Source of the DNA: an uncultured bacterium
GTDB taxonomy: Bacteria; Verrucomicrobiota; Verrucomicrobiia; Limisphaerales; UBA8199
Assembly (NCBI GenBank): GCA_963749495.1
Contig: CAVVMW010000021.1
Span: 128,001 to 192,000 of the forward strand
Direction: 5' to 3'
DNA: 64,000 nt
Positions 21,983 to 31,772 of the stretch are shown here, in pieces. The number at the start of each line of letters is the position of its first letter. Positions within the stretch are counted from its first letter, which is position 1. The position numbers were made by a program, and so were the translations under genes. The notes under the pieces are model-generated. The model was not told the origin of the DNA. It saw only the letters and a list, made by a program, of their open reading frames with translations, and ran no database searches.

Positions 21983-24900
21983 ATGAAATTCAATGACCGG
22001 GCTTGCGGAGGGTCTCATCGAACCTGGGCGTCCTGGGTTGCGGCCCTGCTCACTTTGGCTGCTCCTGTCTTCGCCCAGACGGCCGACTCGTTCAATCCGG
22101 CCCCAACAGTAACATCTGGGCCATCGCGGTGCAGACCGATGGCAAGGTCGTGGTTGGCGGCGACTTCACCTCGATTGCCTCGCAGGGGACCAACTACCTG
22201 GTACGGTTGATCGCCGACGGGACGTTCGACGCCAAGTTCAGCGGGAGCGCCGACGGGGAGGTCATGTGCCTGGCCATTCAACCCGACGGCAAGATCCTGG
22301 TAGGGGGCGTGTTCCAGAACCTGGCCGGGCAGGCCTGCACCAACCTCGGCCGGCTCAACACCGACGGGACGCTCGACACCAATTTTGTGGCGGCGCCCAA
22401 TGGGTATGTGCAGGCCTTGGCAGTGCAGGCCGATGGCACGGTCTTGTTCGGGGGCAACTTCGGCTCGGTCAACGGAACGCCGTGCAGCAACCTTGGCCGC
22501 CTCAAGGCCGACACGACGCTTGACCCCGCCTTCGCTCCAGATCCCGACCAGATGGTCAATAGCCTGGCCGTCCAGCCCGACGGCAAGATAGTCGTGGGCG
22601 GTGATTTCACCACGCTGGCCGGGCAGGCCTCCCTGCGCCTGGGCCGGCTCAACCCCGATGGCACGCTGGACAGCGCCTTTGCCCCTAACCCGGACAATTC
22701 GGTGCTCGCCGTCACGGTGCAATCCGACGGCAAGATCCTGGTTGGAGGCGCGTTTACGCAACTGGCCGGCCAAGCCCGCAGCAACTTGGGCCGGGTCAAT
22801 TCTGACGGGACCCTCGACGCGACGTTCAATCCCCGGCCCGACAGCATTGTATTCACGCTGGCCTTGCAGGCCGACGGCAATATCGTGGCGGGGGGCAATT
22901 TCCAGAACCTGGCCGGGCGGCCCACCCGTTTCATCGGGCGGCTGACCCCGTCCGGCAGCCTGGATCCGACATTCTCGATCAACGCCAACGGCGGCGTCGG
23001 CGCCCTTGCCATTCAGTCGGACGGCAAGATCATCGTGGCCGGCGGTTTTGCGCTCCTGGGCTCGCAGGTGCGCCCCTACCTGGGCCGGCTCAGTAATCCG
23101 ACTCCGCCGACCCAGAGCATCTCCTCGGACGGCAAGAGCATCACGTGGCTGCGGGGCGGCAGCAGTCCCGAGGTCTGGCGAACCACCTTCGAGAGGCTCA
23201 GCGGCACCAACTGGGTCAACCTGGGCGCCGGCACGCGCATCACCAACGGCTGGATCCTGGCGAACATCACCATGCCGCCAAATTCCCCCCTCCGCGCGCG
23301 CGGCTTCGTCGCCGGCGCATCGCTCAATGGCTCGGGGTGGTTCGTCGAAACCACCTCCGTCGCCCCCACGATTACCGGTCTGTCTGGGGGCTCGACGAAT
23401 CTTCCCGGCACCTCGGCCACATTCACCGTTCAAGCCGCCGGCACACCTGTTCTCTCCTACCAGTGGCGCAAGAACGGCATCAACCTGCGCGACGGCGGAA
23501 GTGTCTCCGGCTCCCTGACCCCCACCCTGACGCTGACCAACATCTCCGGCGCCGATCGCGCCGCTTACACGGTCGTCGTCAGCAGCCCCTTCGGCAGCGT
23601 GACCAGTGCGGCAGTCAACCTCGCGGTCCTCGACCCGTACATCTTGACGCAGCCGGCCAGCCTCACCAACAATGCCGGCACCCCGGCTGCGTTCAGCGTG
23701 TCGGCCCTGGGTACTGCCCCGATCACTTGCCAGTGGCGCAGGAACGGGACCAACCTGGTTGAGGGCGGCAACGCCTCCGGCACGCAAACCCCAACCCTGA
23801 CGCTCAGCAGTGTGTTCGGCGCAGACGCCGGCCCCTACACGGTCGTGCTGAGCGGCCCATACAGCAAGGTGGTCAGTTCGAACGCGACTTTGTCCGTCAT
23901 CGATCCGTTCATCACCCTCCAGCCTGCAGGCACGAACGTCGATGTCGGCCAGGAGGCCGACTTGAGCGTCACGGTCGCCGGCACGGCGCCCCTGAAGTTC
24001 CAGTGGCGCAAGAACGGCACCAACATTGCCTCGGCAACGGTTTCCGCATTCTCACTGACCAACGCCCAGCGCGCCAATATCGCCAACTACAACGTCGTCA
24101 TCACCAACGTCTTCGGCAAGACCACCAGCGCCGTCGCCCTGCTCACGGTGAACCTGGCTACGGTGGACGCGTGGAACCCGGGGGCGGACGGCGCCGTGTC
24201 CGCCGTCGCCCAGCAGCCAGATGGCAAGGTCCTGATCGGGGGCCAATTCACTATGCTGGGCGGCCAGCCGCGCCTGGGCCTGGGGCGGCTGCGCACCGAC
24301 GGCTCACCCGATGCCGGCTTCACTCCCGGCACCGACGGCGAGGTCACCGCCCTGACCGTCCAAATGGACGGGAAGATCCTGGTGGGCGGCGATTTTATGA
24401 ATTTGGCGGGCGCGCCGCGCAGTTTCCTGGGCCGGGTCGATGCCGCCGGGTCGCCCGATGATGCCTTCAATCCCAATGTCAACGGTATCGTCCGGGCGTT
24501 GGCTCTACAGGCCGACGGCAAGATTCTCGTGGGCGGCGAGTTTACGGCGGTCGGCGGCAGCCAGACCAACGGTTTCCTGGCCCGCCTCAATGGCGACGGC
24601 ACGCTCGACACGACTTTCAACCCGGCGCCCAACAACTCCGTTCTTGCCCTGGCCGTGCAGCTCGATGGCAAGATCGTGGCGGGCGGCCTCTTCACCGGGT
24701 TAGGCGGACAAACGCGCAATCGCATCGGCCGGCTTAATGCCGACGGCTCACTGGATGCCGGCTTCGATCCCGGTGCCGACAGTTGGGTTTACTGCCTGGC
24801 CGTGCAACCTGACGGCAAGATCCTGGTGGGCGGCGTCTTCAACACGCTGGGCGGCCAAACTCGCCTGTGCGCCGGCCGCGTCAATGCCGACGGTTCGCTG

Positions 24901-25680
24901 GATGCCGGCTTTAATCCCAATGCCAACAACATCGTCTGTTGCCTGGCCCCGCAGGTTGACGGCAAGGTCATCCTGGGCGGCAGTTTCACCACCTTGGCCG
25001 GCCAGTCTCATAAGTTCATCGGCCGCGTCAATACCAACGGTTCGCTGGATGGCACCTTCGGCCCGGGGGCCGACAGCCCGATCGCGACCCTGGCCCTCCA
25101 GAGCGACGGCACCCTCCTTGCCGGCGGCCAGTTCAGCCTCCTCAACGAACAACCCCGCGCTTACGTCGGGCGCCTCCTCCCCACCGATCCCGCCACGGAC
25201 TTCCTCCAGTTCGACGGCTCGACTATCACCTGGGTCCGCACCGGCACCTGCCCCGAGGCCTGGCACACCACCTTCGAGACCTATGTCGCAGATACCGGCT
25301 GGGTGGACCTGGGCGCCACCGCCCGCATCACCAACGGTTGGCAACTGGCCGGACTGGGCCTGTCCCGCGACGCCCAGATCCGCACGCGGGCCTACATCGC
25401 AGGGAGCGGTTCCTCCTTCTGGTTCGTCGAGCGCTCCCAGCCGACCCTGGTCCTGACCCCGCCGGCGATTCTCCACGACGCCGCCTTCGGCTTCCAGGCA
25501 AACCAGTTCGCCTTCAATGTCACCGGCAGCCTCGGACAGAGCGTGGTCATCCAGGCCTCGACTAACCTGGTGGACTGGACCGTCTTGACCAACTTCACTC
25601 TGGGCAGCGGCCCGTTCCTGTTCACCGACCCCAATGCCCCCGGCTTCCCCATCCGGTTCTACCGCCTGACCCAGCCATAG
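21983..25680 (+). CDS. Large secreted protein: two blocks of seven delta-60-type repeats and three Ig domains; frameshift near 22100
   Basis: 14 x (LAVQxDGKILVGG); YQWRKNG Ig motifs; ASTNLVDW...RFYRL C-terminus; signal peptide in ORF 21983. Confidence 0.85.
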
Positions 25681-25683
25681 GAT

Positions 25684-27081
25684 ATGGCTGACGAGACCAA
25701 AGGCACCAACCAGAAGGCGCTGCAAATCAACCTCGACGCGCGGCGCTATGGCACCTTTGCGGAGATTGGCGCAGGCCAGGAGGTGGCCCGGTGGTTCTTC
25801 CGCGTCGGCGGGGCCGCCGGGACCGTGGCCAAGACGATCTCGGCGTATGACATGGCGGTGAGCGATGGGATCTACGGGCCGACGGATCGGTATGTGAGCC
25901 GGCGGCGCCTGCAGGCGATGCTGGATTGCGAGTACCAACTGCTCCTGGAGCGGCTGGCACAAAGCCGCGGCGCCACGGCGGCCTTCTTCGTCTTTGCGGA
26001 CACGGTGGCGACCCGCCGCGCCGAGGGCCACGGCTGGCTGGGGATCCGGTTTCAGGCCGAGCCCGGAGCCGACCCCTCGGAGATCTTCATCCACGTGCGG
26101 ATGCTGGACCGGGAGACGGTGGACCAGCAGGAGGCCCTTGGGGCCATCGGGGTGAACCTGATCCACGGCGCCTTTTACCTCCAGCGCCAGCCGGAGGCGC
26201 TGATCCGCGCGTTGCTGGACAACCTGACCTGGGAGCGGGTCGAGGTGGACATGATCCGTTTTGCCGGCCCCGCCTTTGGGCGTCTGGACGACCGTTTGCT
26301 GGCCCTGCAACTGGTCCGGCAGGGCCTGACCGAGGCCGCCATGTTCACCGCCAAGGGCGAGGCCATCCAGTGGGCCGAGGTGCTCTACAAGAAGCCGGTC
26401 CTGGTCCAGCGCGGCAGCTTCCGCCCCATGACCAAGGCCACGCTGGACGTGCTTGAACGCGGCCTCGACCAGTTCGTGCAGGAGCCCGGCCTCCAGGGCG
26501 AATCGCCGGTCGTGCTCATGGAAATGACCTTGCGCCACCTGACCACCGGCGGCGAGATCGAGGAGAAGGATTTCCTGCACCGGGCGGACATGCTGGGGGC
26601 GTTGGGCCGGACGGTGCTGGTCTCCAACTTCCGGCGGTTCCATCGCCTGGCGTCCTACCTCTCCCGCTATACGAACCGGCCGATCGGCCTGCCCCTGGGC
26701 GCCTCCAAGCTCGGGGAGATCCTCGACGAGCGCTTTTACAACGAGAACGAAGGCGGGCTGCTGGGCGGCCTGGGCCAGCTCTTCAAGAACCCGGCGCGGC
26801 TCTATGTCTATCCCAGCCTGGATTTCAAGTCCGGCCGCGTCATCACCGGCGACAATTTCCCCGTCGCGCCCCATCTGAAGCATCTCCAGGCCTATCTCCT
26901 GGAGAATCGCTTCATCCAGCCCATTGCCCGCTACAACCCGGACCTCCTTCGCATCCGCTCCGCCGACGTGCTCGCCCGCATCCGATCGGGCGATCCCTCC
27001 TGGGAGACCCTCGTGCCCCAGCCCATTGTGGAGGTGATCAAACGCAAAGGGCTGTTCGGAACCGTCACCGGCACCGCGTAG
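25684..27081 (+). CDS. Conserved protein with nucleotidyltransferase-like C-terminal half
   Basis: KALQINLD..YGTFAEIGAGQEVARWFF family start; RGSFRPMT and WETLVP..V..IKRKGLF resemble NadD-type folds. Confidence 0.6.
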   Translation: MADETKGTNQKALQINLDARRYGTFAEIGAGQEVARWFFRVGGAAGTVAKTISAYDMAVSDGIYGPTDRYVSRRRLQAMLDCEYQLLLERLAQSRGATAAFFVFADTVATRRAEGHGWLGIRFQAEPGADPSEIFIHVRMLDRETVDQQEALGAIGVNLIHGAFYLQRQPEALIRALLDNLTWERVEVDMIRFAGPAFGRLDDRLLALQLVRQGLTEAAMFTAKGEAIQWAEVLYKKPVLVQRGSFRPMTKATLDVLERGLDQFVQEPGLQGESPVVLMEMTLRHLTTGGEIEEKDFLHRADMLGALGRTVLVSNFRRFHRLASYLSRYTNRPIGLPLGASKLGEILDERFYNENEGGLLGGLGQLFKNPARLYVYPSLDFKSGRVITGDNFPVAPHLKHLQAYLLENRFIQPIARYNPDLLRIRSADVLARIRSGDPSWETLVPQPIVEVIKRKGLFGTVTGTA

Positions 27082-27465
27082 CGGTGCGTGATGGCAGACT
27101 GGAAGTCCACGGCTACCATCGGCCCGCTGCGCGGTGAACCGGACGCAGCGCGCGCGTCGCGTAGCGACGCCGTGAAGGTAGCCGTGGACCTCGGTCCACG
27201 GTTCGGGGCATCGGGATGGTGCGGCGTCGCGTAGCGACGCCTGACGGACTGGCGCTGGCAGCTCTGATCCGCTTTTCAGGCGTCGCTACGCAACGCGGTC
27301 GAGCTTGGGCCATGGGTCCGTGGACTGGAAGTCCACGGCTACCATCGGCCACCGCTACGCGGTGAGGCGGCCGCCGTCAGGCGTTGCTACGCGACGCCCG
27401 GCCATTCCTACGCCCCAACCGTGGACCGAGGTCCACGGCTGCCTTCACTGCGTCGCTGCGCGGCG
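27076..27465. repeat. Family A REPIN cluster (one full unit plus two partial)
   Basis: Repeated GTCCACGGCTACC and GCGTCGCGTAGCGACGC. Confidence 0.88.
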
Positions 27466-29098
27466 CTCGCGCCGCGCCAGGTCCTCCTCCAACGTCCTGC
27501 GGATGTCGCGAAAGAGGTTCTCGGCCAATTGCCGGCGGCCTTCCTGGGTGAGGTGGACAAAGTCGATGAATTTTTCGTGTACCCCATCGAGGCCGGGGTG
27601 GGTATCGGCCGGGCAGATTTGCGGGTATTGGCGGGCCAGGGCCTGGATGAGCCTGTGAATGCACCTCATTGGCCTTGACCATCCAGGCGACAGCCGGAAA
27701 GCGCGTTCCGTAAAACTCGAGCAACTCCGGGGCGCTCCGCTCGTTGACAGCCATCGAGAAATTGGCCAGGACCAGCCGGATGCCGTTGGTTTGCGCGGCC
27801 TCAATCAACTGGCGATAGGCCCGGGCGTACTTGGACTGCGTCACGTCCATAAGGTTGGGCCGGGGATGCGCCGGGTTCAGAGTCTGCCGGCGCCGGTGAT
27901 AGAGGATCTTCAGGCGGTACTCGCAGTCGGCCAGGAGTTTCAAGGGTCTGGGTTTATAGACCGGCGGTGCGCGGCTGCTCATCGAGGGGACCGATTCATC
28001 GAACAGGCGGAAGCCATTGAGGCCGTGATAGGAGATGATCATGTCAGGCTCAAGAGGCAGCAGGTCGGAGCGCAACCGCAGAAGGTTCTGTTCCAGGTTG
28101 AACAGGGGCAGGCCCGCGTTGATGACTTGCACCGCGCGCGGTGGCCGGAGCCGCTCCCGGATCATCTGCTCGAGCAACTCCGGCCACGGTTTGTCGTCCG
28201 GGACCAAAGTACACCCGAAAGTAGTGGACTCGCCCAGGGCGATGATGCGATAGGCACTGCCCTTTTCCCTGGCGATTTCCTTGCCGCGAAACCCCAGGCT
28301 GTTGACCGAGACACAGCTTTGAAACAGGCGCCCCCGGCTGCCGGGCCACAACCGATACGGCAGGACCCCGTCCGGGTCCGGCATGAACACCGCTTTGGCC
28401 ATGACGTCCCATTGGGCCACAAAGTAGTTCCACCAGCGCCGGAAGGCCTCCGGGTCCCGTTTGGCCGCTTCAAACGACAAGACCATCGGGCCGGGCTGGG
28501 GCCGGGCATCGGTGCGCTGCGCCGGGCGGACTAGCCAATCCGCGATGGGCAGCCCGATGAGGAGCAAGAGCAGCGTGTTGGCCGCCTGGACCCCAAGCCC
28601 GGGCAGCCGGAACCATGCCTTGCACCACGCCAGCAGCGCCACCCCCAGCAGCAACCCGCAGTAGAACTGGCCCTGGAGGTTCTGCCCGTAAGAACCGGCC
28701 AACCAGAGCAAATCGCCCAGGAAGGCCCACGCCACACTCAGGATCTTGTAGTGTACCCTTGGCCCCGAACAGCCCGGGTCCAGCGCCCCTGCCAGCAGCA
28801 CGGCCGACATCAACAGCGCGACCGCTGCGTAATAGCCCCCAAGGGTGTAAGACGGCGCTCCCCCCGGCAGCAGACTGGCCGGCACAGCCACGCTGCACGC
28901 CCAAAGGGCCGTGGCAATCCCGAGCCGAAGCCATTTCTTTTCCCAAGCGCGCGCGCCCAGCATGCGCGCGGCGCTCGCCCCAGCCCCCAGCAAGCCCAGG
29001 CACACCACCGCCAACGCCGGCAGGTTCCACAGGCCCAGCACCACTGCGCAACCGCCGGCCAGCACCTGGAGCACAAGCAGGATTCGACTCAGCGGCAT
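27445..29098 (-). CDS. Membrane protein with SGNH/GDSL hydrolase domain; frameshift near 27650
   Basis: Multiple TM helices; VNSLGFRG, IALGESTTFG, VINAG, YHGLN, FIDFVHLT (DxxH). Confidence 0.8.
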
Positions 29099-29915
29099 AA
29101 CGTCATTCAAACAAAGTGCCATCGCCCGGCCCCTGCCGGAGCAGGCCGATACAGTATTGTCGGCGGGACCGAGGATGACAAGCTTGCACGGGATGCGATT
29201 AGAACTGTCGATCGGGCGCATCTGGCGGGCATCAGCACGCGAGAGAGAAGCGCGGGTCCCAGTTCAGTAGCCCGAAGGGCTTCTGATCACTCAGCCCAGG
29301 GTTGCGCGGGACGCGCTACCCTGGGTCCTGCGCCATCTTGCCCACCTACCCCGAATGGGGTTGCATCCCAGCAAAAGGCAAAAGCAATAACATGGTCCAT
29401 TTCTCTTGACTTCCCGCCTCAAGCTCCGGCACAGGTTGGAACGAGGCCGACTTCGTTTCACGGCCCAAGAGCGATCCGACCAGGCTCGGCATGGCGGCGC
29501 GCCACCGGCGGGAGACGACGCTGTCGATCAAAGGGCTCGCCGCGCGCCTCCATTTGGGCACGTCCAAAAGCGCGAACATCCGCTTGCGCGCGGCAGTGGC
29601 ACCGGCTGTGCCTGCGGGGCCACCCCAAGGCCGCCTCGGATTATGAACAAAAACGCACCATGTTCTGGCTGACCCCTTTCGTGGCAGTGCGCGCACCGCC
29701 CCTATGAGGAGTTCGAGGAGATTTACGCGGACGCTGGTGCAGCGACAAGGTGCGCGGCCTCCGCCACGGAGGGCTGCCGCCAGAGTTGGCCCCCAGCTGC
29801 CGAGCGTTTCCCGGCCACCGCCCCTCAAGCTCCCGTCAAAGAAATGGCGCAACCTAACCTGTCCCGCCGTAGCTCCAGCGAAGGCGGACGTGTCCCGCCG
29901 TAGCTTTAGGAATCG

Positions 29916-30194
29916 CAAAATCGGCGCAAAATCGGGGCGCAAAATCGGGGCGCAAAATCGGGGTCACAAAATCGGGGTCCGGGGTCACAAAATCGGGGTC
30001 ACGGGGTCACAAAATCGGGGTCACACAAAATTGGGGTCAGGTCACACAAAATTGGGGTCACACACACAAAATTGCACACACAAAATTGGCACAAAATTGG
30101 GGTCAGATCTATACTTTGTTACAAAGGTCACACAAACAAAATTGGGGTCAGATCTACACAAACAAAATTGGGGTCAGATCTATACTTTGTTACA
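29916..30194. repeat. Degenerate 14-unit stutter array CAAAAT(C/T)GGGGTCA
   Basis: Units of variable length converging on CAAAATTGGGGTCAGATCTATACTTTGTTACA. Confidence 0.9.
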
Positions 30195-30334
30195 ATGTGA
30201 GTCTGGAAACGAAACGGGGTCAGTCCCGCATTTTCGCATGTTGCCACTTTCTGATACCAGGAGGCCAGCATGGGCGCCGATCCGAACGCGTGAGTTTCAC
30301 GGTCCGTTGCAACGCCCTGAACCGGCCCACAAAC

Positions 30335-30672
30335 ATGGTGGACGAGGCGGGCAGGACGCTCTATACTTATGACGGCCTGGGACAGGTCCTCAGCGAGGCC
30401 CGCCCATGGTTCTACGACAGCGTGAGCAACTACACCTACGACAACTCGGGCCAGTTGAAGAGCGCCATCGGCCACGAGCCCAGCGGCGGGGCGAGCCGGC
30501 TTCAGGAGCAGTTGGGGTATGCCTATGACGCAGCGGGCAACCTGAACTGGCGGACCAACAACGCGCTTTACGAGCACTTCACGGTCAACCCAGCCAATGA
30601 ACTGAGCAACTCTGTCCCCAGCGGGACGCTCACCGTCGCCGACGCCACGACCGCCCTGGCGACCAACGTAAA
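30335..30672 (+). pseudogene. RHS/YD-repeat gene fragment
   Basis: YTYDGLGQV, YTYDNSGQL, YAYDAAGNL; cut at element E1. Confidence 0.8.
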
Positions 30673-30740
30673 GGGGTCAGTTAATGAGAATGTACTATTC
30701 TGATCAAAGTGCCTATATGACAATCTCATTAACCGACCCC
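30673..30740. repeat. Palindromic element E1
   Basis: GGGGTCAGTTAATGAGAATGT..ACAATCTCATTAACCGACCCC, 19/21 arm match. Confidence 0.88.
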
Positions 30741-31022
30741 ATTCTGAACTACGTGGCGTGCTCGATGCCCCGCACGGATAGGTTCACGACTGGCAATTGG
30801 CGGACGGCGCGCTGTGCGAGCAACTATTGACACACTCGCTGGATCCCTTGTACATCTCCGCGTAGGTGTACTGGAAGTTGACGGGGAGGAAGCCGAAGAG
30901 TTCGCGTGTGAAATCGAGCGTCTCCTGGCGCATCTTCCTGGTCGCTCACCCGCGGACACACTCAGAGTTGGTTATGATGGAACCTGCCGCAGAGGCGCAG
31001 CTATGTATAGGCGCCCATGGGG

Positions 31023-31052
31023 ATGTTGCCAATTGGCGCCAATTGGCAACAT
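31023..31052. other. Perfect 30-bp palindrome
   Basis: ATGTTGCCAATTGGCGCCAATTGGCAACAT. Confidence 0.9.
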
Positions 31053-31599
31053 TTTCCCTTCCGGCGCGCCTGCATTCCACGCGCCCGACTGCGAAGGCGT
31101 GGTTGACCGCGATGAACCGCTCCGGCAGACGCTGACGCTCGGTGAGGCTGGGACGCTTGAGGCGGCCGCCGCGCGCGACCCTGGCGCCGGTGGCCGATCC
31201 CAAGTGACTGAGCGGTTCGTTCACTCGCACATCAGCTTTCACACTCGGGGCCATCGCGCGGACGGCATATTAGAGAACGATCCACGCCCCAACTCGAAGC
31301 AGAAGCAATGCTTGGAATGGTTGTTGCTACTCGAGCAACTGCAGCGCGACGGCGGATTCGCCCGCTTCGTCTTGCTCGAGCTCGAATGCGCTAAATCGCG
31401 AGCACAGGTTCAAAACTCGCTGGCGGTCTTGAAATCTTGGCTGAATGCGGTATGCTCCGTAGTGGCCTGATCTCGCTCATCGGCAACACGACCTCGTTTT
31501 TTGTGGGCGTCATCGCCAGCGGGGCGCCTTGGAGGATCCACGATTACCCTGCGAATTGACGGCTGGAGGAATGGTGGTGAAGCTCGTGCATATTCCGCT

Positions 31600-31772
31600 G
31601 AGGCGGAAGCAGGTCAAGACCGGCCTCGCCGTGCTTCTCCTCGCCATCGTTAGGCTGACGGCATGGGAGGGGTTGCGCACGCACGAGCAGGAACCGATTT
31701 ACTGCGACAAACCCTTGGGCTACTGGATGGGACTTGTGCGGTTTGGCGTTTCTGCGGCTGTTATTTGGGTAG
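31600..31772 (+). pseudogene. Fragment resembling the N-terminus of verrucomicrobial membrane-anchored HEAT proteins
   Basis: Hydrophobic stretch, then EPIYCDKPLGYW. Confidence 0.35.

Noticed and set aside
25684..27081. TonB-dependent receptor label sometimes attached to this family
   Set aside because: No signal peptide or beta-barrel pattern.
29916..30194. CRISPR array or protein-coding repeat (ORF 29704..30372)
   Set aside because: No unique spacers; the translation only reflects the DNA repeat.
30814..31470. 218-aa ORF as a real gene
   Set aside because: No recognisable motif; spans the palindrome and looks like mosaic debris.
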